DNA of 64,000 nt from Octopus sinensis (taxonomy: Eukaryota), in the NCBI RefSeq assembly GCF_006345805.1, contig NC_043008.1, positions 73,036,001 through 73,100,000 of the forward strand, read 5' to 3'. A model generated the notes under the pieces. It was given only the letters and a program-made list of their open reading frames with translations, was not told where the DNA came from and did no database searches. A program made the position numbers and the translations under genes. Of the stretch, positions 24,443-38,413 are shown piece by piece (position 1 is the stretch's first letter; each line of letters begins with the position of its first letter).

Positions 24443-27400
24443 TCAACAATAATATTTGGTGACCTGGCAGAGTTGTTTAAGCATTGGATAGAATGTCTTG
24501 TGATATTTGTTCTAATATTCAGTGCTCTGAGTTGAAATCATACTGATGTCAACCTTGCTCATTATCTTTTGAAGTAATACTTATTCTCACTTAAATGTAG
24601 GGTGAATAAGCAGCAGAGTAAGAATATCAGACCAGATGCCTGGCAATATTTGTTGCGATTCTTTGCATTCTGAATTCAAATTCTGCTGTGACTTACATAG
24701 ATAGTAGAACCCAATACTTTTGGTATTTTTAGTGGAGTCTACTCTATTGCAATCCTTTGTGTTTGGTCTCTGGCTTGAAGAAAACTTTCTCTCTGCACTC
24801 TACTAGTCACAAAGGCTCTGGAAAAGTAGAGGGTAAATGGATGTGACCTTTCCCTCCCTTATTTATAAATAACAGAGAAACAACTCTCTTCAGTTCTCAA
24901 AATTGTGCTGTACTCATAGTACAGATATTCTCCAAATGATAATTCTCTCCAAGAGTAAATACAAGTAGACTGCCAGATGATGTGTCCATGGCTCCCAGAG
25001 TCAGATTGTAGATTACATCATGGCCTTTACAAGAATATACAACCCTGAGAAAATGTATAATGTGATTAAGAAAGCATTTGGTGCAAATGTGAATATTCTT
25101 ATATCCATAACCAGAAATATGATGACCAAAAGATGATGGAATAAACTGACAGAAAACAATGAGAAGAAAACACTTCAATATCTTTTCCAACAAAAATTAT
25201 GAATCTTCAGATTTTGGCTCCGAGGATGTGTGTGACTTCTGATAGCTATAGGTTTGGCCCATGAAGAAAGAGAAAGGATGAAATAGTGATGGTGTCACAG
25301 TGACACCTTCAATGTAATTGTTTTAGTTCCAATTTGATTTCAGATCAAATCACATGTCAAACAAGTGCAATTCAGAAATGTGTGTGTGAGGAGAGAGAGA
25401 GAGAGAAGGAGAAGGAGAGATAAAAAGATATTATATTTTATGTCATGATTTCCCGTAAGTCTTTCAAAAACTGAAGTAGTCTTAAATATGAATATGAATT
25501 CTCTTTCTTCACTATAGACACTTATGACAGAAGCTGGATCTGCTGGCTTGGCTTTCATTTTCATCTCTCAAATCTTCTCTCAGGAATGCAAAAACATTTT
25601 TTTTCTCATTTCCATTTGATGTTATTATTGTTATTATTGTTATTTTTGATGCCACTTTTTACCTTTTCTGATGTTTATGAACATGAATAATCCTCCAAAC
25701 ACTATTGACCATATATTCTGATCACACTTGTAAAACTTCTTTTGAATTTATAAACTCATTATGGCCACTTGTTATTTGGCTTATTAGGTAAGATAGTCGG
25801 TTGAAACCTTAGCAAAAATAGTGGTTACATTTGTTAGCTTGTGTCACTGACCCAACTTTATATTAAAGCCATTAACTGTACAAAAATCTTTCATGAATAC
25901 TGAAGCAAACGAAACGAAACAGAAGGAATAAAATCAATTACGTATCGGTAACAGACTTCTGACCAAACTAATATCTAACATCCTTTTGTGATATGACCTG
26001 CTTCACTGGAACAAAATGACAATGTTTCAGCTTGCATATTAAAAGCCATTAATGGAATCTATTATAGTTGGGCATTTTCATTAGCTTTTTACTTTTATCT
26101 GTGTCAAAAGTAAGGAACATTATAGAAATGTTGTCATCTCATCAGTGTGTAGTTGACATCGGCCAATATTAAATGAGAAATGAAAAATATATTTGCCGTG
26201 TAAAAGAACATTATCACACGGGATGTTTCAGAGTTAATTACATTCAATATTAGGGAGAGGGGAGGGGCATTTATCATCATCATCATCATCATGAAATTCA
26301 ACAACCCAATGATGATGATGATTTCTTTATTACTGCTATAAGAGCCCTTTTTGATATAAGCAATGGAACATATTGCAAAAGGATTTACAGTCCATGACAG
26401 TGCATCCAAATACAGTTATATATGAAAAAAATGAAAGCAGGGCAAAGACATTTTATAACATATGGGAATAGATTAAAAGTTTGATATAAATATGCAATAA
26501 ACATATTTCCCAAACACACACAGTAATTATATAAAAACTCACACACACACACACAAACGTACATACACATATACCATAAATTCAAACAACCCATCCACCC
26601 TTCAAAGGCCTACCACCTTGGGTTAACCAGTACCTCTCACACCTTCAAATTTTTTTGCTTGAATCTTCTACCATCAAAAGAGAACCTAAACATTCTTTTG
26701 GCAAACCGATCCATGAAGGGATAAACATACTCTTGGCAAGGATCTCTGACATGCTCGTTGACCACCAATGTGGTTTTTGGCAATGTATGTCTTCTAACGG
26801 CTCCTGGTATTGCTACCACACATCATGGCCCATCAAAATATTCATTGGATCATTTTCCCTCCACCACCAGTATTAAATTGAGAGATCCTGTTCCCTTTAG
26901 GATCTCTGTGAATTTGAGTCACTCTTCTGATAGAAAGCTCCTCTTGCAATGCATTATATTCCGTCTGCTTTGGCTCACCTCTCTTCTGTCTTCCCTTTTC
27001 CTCTATGATTGTCTATTACTCTTCTTCAGCTACCACTTGCTCTCCATTGTTTCAAGGAGCTAAGTGGGTAAATCTTGAACAGGAGCCTTGGTTTTGTCAC
27101 CTTCTAAGACTAATGACAAGGTAACTTTTCTGAAAATTCTCAGAATGGCAGCTGTTGACATGACTGGCCATGGTGTTGCTATACTAGTCCACTGGACCAA
27201 CTGTTGTTGCTGATTTTGTTCTTCATCAATATCTTTTCCATCTTCTGCCTTTCTAGCTCCTCAAGTGACAATGTTCTTAAGTAACCTTTACTTCCACATG
27301 TTTTGCAGTTATACTTTCTGTCTTGTGCTATCATCCTTAAGGTTTACGTTCTCTGCACCTGCCACAGGATATAACTTTGGAATAAATTTGTGGTTTTCAC

Positions 27401-28529
27401 TGGTAGGGCTGTGGTTATTAAGAATTGCATGCCTAATGATTCCCCACCCTGACTGCCTATCATTAAAAAATCACATCAGCCATCATCAAATACCAATATT
27501 TTACCTTAACTGTAAGATTGCACAGTATTAATATCATTTCCAATAACTTTCATGGCAATCCTCTTCTTTTTGTATCTCATGTAAGCAGAAATTCACATTA
27601 GGTCTGGCATGTTACACACAAGCTGAGCTTCTTCTTTGCTCTGTTTTTAATTTCAAACATAACACATACAGTTGCATATGGACTGCCTCACTTGATATAG
27701 ATCTTAGTACATGTATCAATCATGACTATTGTTAGCATTTCTCTTGAGGGCTTAGAGAAAGTCCCTGTAGGATTAGAAGTGCACAAATAGATCACTTTTT
27801 CTTGTGTTTGTAGAAAGATGCACCTCATAGAAACATGCACATGTTTTCATTACATAGAATTGCCAAGCTTTTCAATTCCTGCTAAATGGGTCTATGCATA
27901 AAATTCCTCTATAGCATTTGAGAGACAAACAAGAGAGAACTTGCAACCCAGTTGCTGAAATCAACAATCCAGAAACATTTTTGTTTGGTAAAACAGTATT
28001 GCTGTTGCAATACATGTTGCAACAACTACTTCCTTTGCTGCTACTATATTTAGAGATGTCATATTTTTAAAGGTGCAATTTATGGTAAAACATTTTTTTT
28101 TTCTTTATTCCGAAAGTTTAAGCTCTGAGGAATTGCAAAACTGAAGTTATCTTTGCTTAGGTGTGTGGTTCACACTAGAATTTTGTACATGTATCTATAG
28201 AAAGTATTGAAAATAAATGAATAAAACAGATCTTTCTTGAGTAGAATTCCAAGTGTTTTTAAAGATCACCATCATCTCAATAGTAATCAACACCATAGTT
28301 TTATGTCTGCTCCTCTATGCTTAGATTAAATTAGACTGATTTGCTGAGGCAGTCTTTTTTGACCACATGTCCTCATTGTTACATACCCACTTATTCATCT
28401 TACAACATGAACAAATATGGTATACCTATTCCAAAACCAAGATACACACAATGACATTTCCTCCATGAAGATAAATGTAGTTTTACTTGATAAATAAAAT
28501 AATCAATTCTTATAATATGATGTTTGAAA

Positions 28530-29168
28530 CATCCCTACAGAATATAAGAGACGTGACGACAATATAGCAAAGCTTGTCCATTGGACACTTTGCAACAAGT
28601 ATGGACTTGACAGAGCAAAGAATTGGTATGACCACAAACCTGAAGGCATCATTGAAAATGATAATGCAAAGATCCTGTGGGATTTTATGATTCAGTGCGG
28701 CCATGAGATAGAGAATAGGAAGCCAGGCATAGTCTTAATTGAGAAAGAAAGCAAACCTATGCTGGATCATAGATATAGCATGCCCAGCTGACAAGGTATG
28801 TGAGAAGGAAGAAAGAAAAGTCAATAGATATGACAGGTTAACTCAGGAGGTTAAGTAGTTGTGGTCGACGAAAAAGGTGGTAGACGTACCAATAATTTTG
28901 GAGCACTGGGAACAGAGAGTAAAAGTCTTGAGAAGTATATGGAACAAATAGGGGCTGCAATAAGGGTGGAGCACTTGCAAAAAACAGCACTGCTTGGAAC
29001 AGCTCGAATACTCTGGAAGGTGCTCGAAAAATAAGGGGTGTTACTTTACTTCACTGATAGTGAACAGCTGGCACAGTAGAACATATCCAGCGTTAAAAGC
29101 TGTGCAAAGGCAATAATAATGATGATAATAATAATAATAATAAAATAATAATAATAATAATAATAATA
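28530..29168 (+). mobile_element. Dong/R4 LINE 3' fragment (RLE domain) with (AAT)n tail
   Basis: LVHWTLCNKYGL..NWYDHKPEGIIENDNAKILWDF, NRKPGIVLI, IIDIACP, GALG and LQKTALLGTARILWKVLEK*. Confidence 0.85.
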
Positions 29169-29577
29169 TTTGACTTTAACCAGTTGAGCACGTCCCTTAG
29201 TGGCTGACTATATGTGCATCTCTGATCGCGAGCAGAAGTAGTGGGGGAGCATCATAGCCATGTGTTGAGAGGGATTCTTTGGGGTTTGAATAATTCACCT
29301 CTGGAAACATGGGTGGTTCTTTCAACATCCTTAAACAACCCTTATTCAGGGACCTTTTAAGCGGGATGGGCTACTCAACCTGAAGAAAATTCTAACTGGG
29401 CCCCACCTGCAAGGTCATGTGCTGTTTATCTTGATATGAGATCACCATGTCGCGCACATATGGTTGTGATGCATGTGCCTGGTGTACCCTTATCAGACGG
29501 GTAGTCATGATGGGTATACTGGGCTTCGTATATTTTACCCCAGTGTCACTTTGATGGCATGAACTGCTCTCTCACTC

Positions 29578-29611
<34 letters not shown>

Positions 29612-30193
29612 GCCCTGATACAGTACCAAGCAGTGGTTCTCATGGCTTCTGATCTTAACTGATTGGAAGTGTTATCATGTACATTGTTTTGTCTTGGTAT
29701 AAAAGATGGGCTACAGCAAATATTCTGCTCAATATCACAGATTTGCTTGTCAGTTGTTTGACCTTAACCAGTTGAGTATGTCCCTTAGTGGCTGACGATA
29801 TGTGCATCTCTGATCACGAGCAGAAGTAGTGGGGGTGCATCATAGCTATGTGTTGAGAGGGATTCTATGGAGTTTGAATAATTCACCTCTGGAAACATAG
29901 GTGTTTCGATCAACATCCTTAAACAACCCTTATTCAAGGACCATTTGAGTAGATGGGCTACTCGACATGAAGAAAATTCTAACTGGGCCCCCACCTACAA
30001 GGTCATGCACTGTTTATCTTGATATGAGATCACCATGTTGCGCACATATGGTTGTGATGCATGTGCCTAGTGTATCTTTATCCAACGGGTAGTCATGATG
30101 GGTATACTGGGCTTCGTATATTTTACCCCAGTGTCACTTTGATGGCATGCACTGCTCTCTCACTCAATAATAATAATAATAATAATAATAATA
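29169..30193 (+). mobile_element. Two tandem copies of a non-coding (AAT)n-tailed retroposon (29169-29609 shorter at 5' end, 29610-30193 longer)
   Basis: 29169-29578 closely matches 29757-30166. Both end CTGCTCTCTCACTC(AAT)n. Confidence 0.8.
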
Positions 30194-30195
30194 AT

Positions 30196-30888
30196 CCTTT
30201 ATGCTAAAGATGCAAGGCCTGAAATTTGGATGGTGGGGACTAGTCAATTACATCAACCTCAGTGTTTCACTGGTACTTAATATATCAACCCTGAAAGGAT
30301 GAAAGGCAAAGTCAACCTCAGCGAAATTTGAACTCAGAATATAACAACAGATGAAATGCCGCTAAGCATTTTGCCTGGCATGCTAATGACTCTGTCAGCT
30401 TATTGTCTTAACAACAATAACAACAACAACAATAGCAATGATTTTTTCTAAAATGGGCTCAAGGCCAGCAATTTTGGGGTGGGGAATAAGTTAATTATAT
30501 CAACCCCAATGTTGAACTGGCATGTATTTTATTGACCCCGCAAAGGATGAAATGTAAACTCAGCTTCATAGAAATTAAACTCAGAATGCAATGATTTGGA
30601 AGAAACATCATAAAACATTTTGCCAATAATCTAATGATTCTACCAGCTTAACACATAACTTATGATGATAATTCTTCCTAATTTTTTGCCACAAGGCCAG
30701 TAATATCTGGAGTAAGAGCAAGTTGATTACATGGACCTTAGTTTTTGACTATTACTTTATTCTATCAACACTAAAATGATTGATAGGTGAAGTTGACAAC
30801 AGCAGAATTTGAACTCGGAATGTAACGAGCCAGGAGCAATGCTGCTAAGCATACTCAGTGTTGTGCTAATGATTCTGCCAGATCATTA
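30196..30888 (-). mobile_element. Three consecutive family M SINEs (30196-30410, 30445-30650, 30680-30888)
   Basis: Each contains AAGGCC..ATTT, GATGAAA..AAAGT, GAACTC[A/G]GAAT and AATGA[C/T]TCT[G/A] landmarks. Separated by AAT/AAC tracts. Confidence 0.75.
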
Positions 30889-30889
30889 C

Positions 30890-30948
<59 letters not shown>

Positions 30949-30965
30949 CAGCAGCAGCAGCAGCT
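30890..30965. repeat. (TAG)n/(CAG)n microsatellite
   Basis: Direct reading. Confidence 0.97.
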
Positions 30966-31087
30966 GAAGGACCACTGCATTAAGTGTGTGAATCTGAGAG
31001 GGGAATATGTTGAATAAAATCATAATTAACTGGTCCTCCTGTATTTTCTTTTGTCCAAAGCCAGGAACTTCTCAGCACCTTTTGTAT

Positions 31088-31236
31088 ATCCAGGGGTCCT
31101 CTTTCCGTTTATGCCTACCTGATCTAACCATGAGGCTTTGGTTGACCCACAGTGATAGAGGGCACTTACCAAAGGTGCCATAGTGTAAGACTGAACCTGA
31201 AATCACATGGCTGCAAGGCAAGCAACTCAGCCACAT
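31088..31236 (-). mobile_element. SINE family A/B 5' half
   Basis: Minus strand ATGTGGCTGAGTTG..CAGGTTCAGTCTTAC..GGCACCTTTGGTAAGTG. Confidence 0.65.
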
Positions 31237-31257
31237 GTACATTATCTGTACAAGAAC

Positions 31258-31560
31258 TGGTATTCTATTCCCAAATGACAGACACTGCATAGAACATGAA
31301 CAAGAAAAGATTGACAAGCACCAAGATCTGAAAAGCAATATAGGAAAGGTGTTGAGCATGAAAAAAAGCTGAAACTGTGCCAATGACATTGGCATTCTTG
31401 GTGCATTTGGCTTTGTTAGTAAATATTAAACTGACAGTCTGGAAAGACTATGACTTTCAGGCAAAGGCAGAGATCAATTAATAGGTACTTTAACAATAAT
31501 GTCTAGAAGTGGAACAGTACAAATACTCAATATTTTTGAAGTTCAACACGTAACAATTGT
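31258..31560 (+). pseudogene. Highly decayed Dong/R4 RLE C-terminal fragment
   Basis: EHEQEKIDKHQDLK..IGILGAFG resembles EKLSKHKDL..IVGALG of the 19.7-kb element. Confidence 0.45.
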
Positions 31561-32940
31561 TGTTATCTAAATTCCTGCGATGAAGATTTGTGCCTTTGTT
31601 AGAAACCAACTTCAGCCTCGCAGGAAAAATAAAATTAATTAAAAGAAAGATATGTATATACATACAAATATGCCATTTATATATGTGTGTGTGTGTGTGT
31701 GCAAATCACACATAATTATATATGTGCACACATACATTCTATAGAAAGTCACTCAAATATATATTTTCAAAAATTATGGAGTGCCAAATTGGCATTTACT
31801 AAATTGGCTTGCCATTGTGCACAAATCTTCCAGCCAGGAATGAAAACACTGACTTGGCAGTAAACTATAGGCCTACTGCTTGCTTAAACATTATGTATAA
31901 AACTTTACACATTGTTTAGATCATTTTTCTCTAAGATTGTGGCAAGACCAACATGATAATAACTGATGACAGGCAGGGAGGCAGAAATAAGGGAGAATGT
32001 GATGTGCCAAACAAATTCTAATGAATATAGATATACTGCTTGAAATAAAAATTTTAAAAAATAAAAAAAAAAGAAAGAAATAATTAAAAACCTGCAGAAA
32101 CCTTCTGATGATATTCTCAATAATGGTCTCTGGAATCATTGCATTCAGTTGAATTACCTGCTACCTTAGATTCTGCCACAAGAAGACTCACAAAAATCTA
32201 CTCAACAATTCTCACACATAACTAAACACACAACAATTGTCTCCAATGTTAAATATTTTTCAAAAAGATTAATTCCAAGGTGACAATTTGTCTGAAGTCT
32301 CTGTATATTTTGGTACTAAATCTCCTGTCATTTCTTTTATAAATCTCTAATGGTTATTAACAAAACAGTAAAAATATGCAAGACTTTTCTAAATATTTCC
32401 AGTGATAGAATTTTGTTTCTTTATTAAAAATCAAATCCTTCTTTAAAAGAAAAATTCAAATTATTAAAACGAGGGTGTTGGGGAGATAAACTCTATATAC
32501 ACACATACTTAAATGCATATACACAAACATACATAGAACTGTATATAAGGAAATAAGGCCTGGACACACAAAATTCAGATAAAAAATAATTTCTCAGCTT
32601 GAGATTTCTACACTAGGATTTTTTGAATACTTTTTTTTTACTATTTCCCATATTTTATACAGTTAAATATATTTGAGAAGTGGATATACTGGCTTTCAAT
32701 TTTATTGTTTCCTCTTAAAGATTTTATCCCTGTGAGGGATGGAAGAAAAAAATATATATATTAATCAATTATTATTCTTTATGTCTGTTTAGTTATCTTG
32801 TGTTCTCTCTGGGGAATGATATTCTGATTTCATCGTCATCACATGTGTGTGTATGTATGTACGTACGTATGTATGTAAGTATGTATGCATGTATGTATGT
32901 ATATACACACACACACATGTGCATATATTTATATATATAT

Positions 32941-32972
<32 letters not shown>

Positions 32973-33579
32973 TTGGGTGGGTATATACGTGTGTTTGTGA
33001 ATATGTGTTGCATACATGCATACATCAGAATACACACACATACACATGCACACACACACATACACATGCACACACATACATCAGATTACACACACATCTA
33101 CACACACGTATGTGTGTGAGTGTGCATGTGTGTTTGTGCGCACGTGCATGCGTGTGTGTGTGTGTGATTTAAAAAACAAATATTTCAAAGCAATGATGAG
33201 AAAAATGTAATAAAAATGGTATTATCTTACGATACTGAGAGCAGATGTTTGTGGAAATATGATACAGACAGTGAGTTAGGATATACTGAAGGTTTTATGA
33301 AATGTATATAGAATGGTATAGATGCATAGAAAGATGTATATAATGTATCAAAATCAGCATTTTATGCCTGTTTCTCCTTCTTGGCATAGACTGAATGGAT
33401 TTATCATAGTGCTTGGCAAATTTTATTCCAAGTTACTGTCTTCATGGATAACTAAAGGACTGTTGAAAAAAACATAAATGAAGGAATAATCTGAGTAACA
33501 ACTTGGTGTAAGTGAGTGAGAGTTTACGGTTAGAAGCAAAGTAAAGGATGTGAGTGGGTGATAGTAAAAAGAAAACTGT

Positions 33580-33870
33580 GGAGGCACATGGCTTAGGGGT
33601 TAGAGCAGCGGTCTCGCAGTCGAGGGATCATGGGTTCGAATCTCAGACTGGGCGATGTGTGTGTTTATGAATGAAACACCTAAGCTCCACGTGACTCCGG
33701 CAGAAGGTAATGGCGAACTTCTGCTGACTCTTTCGCCACAACTTTCTCTCACTCTTTCCTCCTGCATCTTGCAGCTCACCTTCGACATACCAGGTGGGGA
33801 ACCTATATGCCAAGGAAACCGGAAAACTGGCCCTTATGAGCCAGGCATGGCTTAAGAAGGAACAAAAAGA
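33580..33870 (+). mobile_element. tRNA-derived SINE family D
   Basis: A box TGGCTTAGGGG and B box GGTTCGAATCT, followed by about 200 bp of non-tRNA body and an A-rich end. Confidence 0.75.
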
Positions 33871-34041
33871 AGACTGGACTACAAAGATTGATAAACAGCT
33901 AAATTCTGGTTGTTGATAATGAGATTGAATAGTAATCATGAGTGGTACATTAGGGAGGGTAGGAGAGACATGATGAAGGAAGATGAAGTAATGAAAGTAA
34001 GAGAGAGTGATGTATGTCAGCAATGAATGGTAGAGTGAGTA

Positions 34042-34092
<51 letters not shown>

Positions 34093-35734
34093 TGCTAGCA
34101 AAACAAATAAAATATGATGAAGGGATCTAATACTCATTACACAGATATGGCAATGTATAAGATATTGATAGATAGTTGGAAGACATAGTAATGAGGTATG
34201 GATAAGACAGAGAGTATGTGATTGATGAAAACATAATGAAGAGATGGGGAGAGCAGTAGATGGAGGTTTAATAGACCTATCTTTGGAGTTATTGTGCACT
34301 TCCTGTTATTAAATGAACAAAAAATTGTATTGCCTAAGTTCATGTATGTCTAACAATCAATCAATCAATCAATCAATCTATGTATCGATCTATCGATCTG
34401 TCTGTGTATGGTTGGATGCATATTTTTTAAAAAAACCAAATGCAGCAGCAATTTTTTTTAATGCCTCCTTGTCTAAATGCACGTCAGTGAATATGTCATC
34501 ACTGCAGCCACAATGATGATGATGATGACCATGAGGAATGTCATCATCATTGTCATCATAATCATTGCCGTCATCACCACCACCACCACCACCACCATCC
34601 ACTTTCCATACTGACATGGGTTGGACGAGTATCATAGGCTAAACGAGTTCTTATTCAAGGTTATTGCCCTTACTGACTGTTTAGAGAACCACTTCTTACT
34701 TCTTTCCTTCATGGCTTGTTTCTGTGACAAGGTTGCCTTTCTAATATAACCTCTATAATCCCTTTACAATGTGTTCTAGGTGTATATCATTGTGACTCCA
34801 TGCTTAGTGATATAGTCAAGTTCTAAACATACCTGAAGAATTCCTTTGGTCCTTTGCAGTCGCAGCTCATTTGCCAGTCACTTGTCTCATGGCTCTTGCA
34901 CTGCTCAAATTTCTTTGTATCTCATCTCACTAACAAATTCTCAATACTTTACATTGCCTTCTTTTGTTCATAGTAATGTGACTAATTGCATGAATAAAAA
35001 GGGAGGGTGGTGACAGATGAACTAGGGTGAGAACATGAAGGAAGAGAGAGTACTATGGGGAAAACAAAGAGATTGGTTCAAATGGGTGATAGGGTAGTGG
35101 AGGAAAGAAAAGAGCGGAGTAGTGGAGGAAAGAGAAACAGTAATAACAGAGAGTAATGGGGGAGAGGGGGTAATGGCAACTATATCTGCTGAGAGCAAAT
35201 GATGGATATTCATAGATACTTTCAATGGATGATGGATGTTAATAACGAATGAGGTGAAGAGAAAAGGAGTGTTAGGTAGAAGTCTGGAAAGGTGATAAGG
35301 ATGATATTTGGGTGTATGATATCAACAGATTTTATGCAATCCTTTCCTCTCAGGCATCATAATGGAAGGTTGCAGGAGAAAGAGAGGGGCATTGTATAAA
35401 TGGAGGTACCAGGTAGGCAAATTGTATGTGGATACATTCAATTCTATCCCTTGTTACACACGTTGCATGATGCAGTGGATCAGAGAGGATATCTGTGATA
35501 GAGACAGCATCACAGATGTTATGTGGGTAAGCCGATAGACTCACTGGTTGAGTTATACATCCTAACCACCATCACTACAACCGTTTCACCCCATGTCTCA
35601 CCTCAGCATGCATGCTTGGGTGGGTGGGTCTTCTCCAGCACTGTTTGTCATCAATTGCTGCAGCCTTTTGTCTTCTCCTTCCTGTCTTGAATATATTTCA
35701 CACCTGTGTTTATACACTTCCATCATATGTACGT

Positions 35735-35756
35735 GTGTGTGTGTGTGTAAATATAC

Positions 35757-35836
<80 letters not shown>

Positions 35837-35975
35837 TATGTATATATATATGATATATATATATATATAATATATTAATATATATATGTAATATATTAAT
35901 ATATAATATATATAATATATTATATATAATATATATATATTATATATTAATACATTATATATATTATGTGTATGT
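35735..35975. repeat. (TA)n-rich microsatellite
   Basis: Direct reading. Confidence 0.95.
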
Positions 35976-36117
35976 GTGCATGCGCACATGCATGTTTGTG
36001 CTTATTTAACTCTACGTGTGTTGATGTGCTTGCATATGTATCTCTTCCCCCATCTATCTCTTGCTTTGCAACCACATTTTTTTAGTTTAGTCCCACCGTG
36101 TAACAAATATTTTCTAC

Positions 36118-36475
36118 TAAAGCTCCAGTAGATTGACAGTAGGTTTCATAAACAGAAACTGATAGAAGTCCATTATATGTGCATATACATACATATTTAT
36201 ATGAGTGCATAAGTGTTTGAGTGTGAGTGTACATATGCCTCTGTCTTGATACTGAGTGAGAGGTGTAAGTTAGCGTCACTGTTATACAAGCAGTGTCAGT
36301 CATTTTCAATATTCTGAAAAATCATGTCTGGCCATAGGGAAATAATACCTAGTTTGGAAACAGATGAAGGTTGGTGACAGCAAGGGCATCCACTATAGAC
36401 AATCTGCCTCAATAAACTCCATTTGGACATGCAAGCATGGAAAATTCAATGTTAAAGTGATAATGTTGATGATGA
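36118..36475 (+). mobile_element. SINE family B (family A-type 5' body with RTE-type tail)
   Basis: CAGAAACTGATAGAAGTCC, internal microsatellite, then AAGGGCATCCA..CATGCAAGCATGGAAAA..GTTAAA(GAT)n. A related copy lies at 47085-47512 (-). Confidence 0.6.
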
Positions 36476-36773
36476 TGGCTGTGTGATAAAATTCTGTTTC
36501 TCAATGACGAGGTTTGGAGTTCAGTCCCACTGCATGGCATCTGAGGAAGTGTCTTCTACTTGATCCACAGGCTGACAATATTTTTGTGTCTATCTTTGTA
36601 TTTTTAAAACCATTTGTCAACCAGAGTTGGCTTGTTTCCTCTCAGCTTAGCAGCTCAACAAAAGAGAATGATAGAATAGGTACCAGACTTAAGAAAATAA
36701 TAACTGTGGTTTATTTGTTCAATTAAGCCCTTCAAGTCAGTGCCCCAGCATTGCCACAGTCAAATGACTGAAC
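36476..36773 (+). mobile_element. SINE family A, diverged
   Basis: GGCTGTGTGATAA..GAGTTCAGTCCCACTGCATGGCA..CCCCAGCATTGCCACAGTCAAATGACTGAA. Confidence 0.7.
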
Positions 36774-38413
36774 ATTGATGTTTCATTCTCTTTTGTATAC
36801 ATTCAGTTGTTAAATGAAAACTACACATGCCACTTATTTACAGATAAAAAAAAACTGAACCATCAAAATTTAATTGTCTATGAATTCAATGCTGCACTAT
36901 TATAAAAACATATATGATGCCTATATACAGCTAAACAGACTGAGCCACAAAGGCAGAATTACATGGTCTTTAAACTAAGTAATGAACTATCCCTACAGTT
37001 GCTTCCTATTTACATCCAAACAGAATGAACCTGTAATACTAAAGTGTCTTGCCTGCAGATTACAGATTAAATAATGGATTGAACTAGTAAATGTAACTTA
37101 CGTACAGCTTATTGGATTCTAGCAGCAAGAGGTAAGTGTGTTGTGCAGCCTCAGTAGCATAACATAAATCATTGATATATCATTCCTACAAAAGTTTGAT
37201 ACTGCTGTCATCTCAACCAACTGAAATGCTTGCTTTTGTTTTACATCTGCCAATGAGAGCTCATAGCAAAAACACCATCTCAAAGACTACACCTCCTCTT
37301 CAAGGCCAGGAATTAATTTATGACAAGCCATTGAAGGCATTATATCGAGCACAAGTACTACATACAATACTACTCATGTATCTGTGACAGTATAGCTGCT
37401 ACTTAGTCAAACATTTTTGACACTATCTATAAGAGATAATTATTCACTCATCAACACATTACAAGACTACTACATCCATACATGGTATACTTCCCTTCCT
37501 TACTTTTATTTTCTTTTTTAATGGCTGTCAGAAGAAAAATTGTGCCTTCCATTACCTTTTTCTGAGCCTCTCGCAGGGATAGGGAGATATTAAACTCTGA
37601 TTAGAGACTTGAGCTTAATGCATGCAATAGGGTGGACTCTATTAAATGCATCTAAAGAACAGCTGATGGTAGCTATAGTAGTGATTGGTGTCTGTAGTGT
37701 AAGACTGGGAGTTGATTAAGTCTACAAGAACAGTACTCTGAAAGTTTTGTCGGTTTACCAAATTTCACTCATAAAGTATGAAAGTGTGGTTTTACCCAAT
37801 TACCACAATAGTTTTGAAGCAAAATTCTTAACCACATGGTTATTCTTTCTGCTGCTACTTGACCAGATCTGCATCAGCCATGGGAAAAGCTACATTGACC
37901 AACCTGAGAAGACCTACACTGACTGATTTGAAATAATCAGTGTTGACCAGAGTCTAAGAAAATCCATATTGAAAAATGTAGAACAATCATTATCAACCAG
38001 TGCGAGAAAGCTTACATGACTAATGTGGGAAGATTTACATCAATAAGTCTGGAGAGATTCATGTGTCTCTTCTCTTTAGACAAAGTGTGTTACAACAGAT
38101 TATAGTTAACTTGAAAAAGCATCAGTTTAGCAGCTGAGAATCTGGTAGTTCAAATCCAGTTTACATCATTGATCTCTGTCTATCTCTAAGACATTTCTCA
38201 TGTCTCAAAGTATTGAGTGGTAAGAATGGCATAGAATAGTAAGAAAAGTTCCCTGCTGTTACACAATAGCAACATTTTACAAGTGATTTGTTTGTTTGGA
38301 GTGTTGACTCCAAGCTTTTCTGTGGATCTTAATGACACTCCAGTATGCAATCACTGATCAGAGAATCTTCAATTATCTAGACACTGGACATAGATTCTAG
38401 TTTGATGCTCCTA

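Noticed and set aside
33580-33655. Functional tRNA gene (also 57947-58020 and 21879-21952)
   Set aside because: No paired acceptor stem, and each continues into a repeat body, so these are SINE heads.
34390-34520. Peptide DDIFTDVHLDKEALKKIAAAFGFF on the minus strand as an exon
   Set aside because: Short and flanked by microsatellites, with no recognisable homology and no clear donor site.
37107-37136. 24-nt microexon (TACAG|...AG|GTAAGT)
   Set aside because: There is no polypyrimidine tract or supporting exon, and such a match is expected by chance in 64 kb. It would need RNA-seq.
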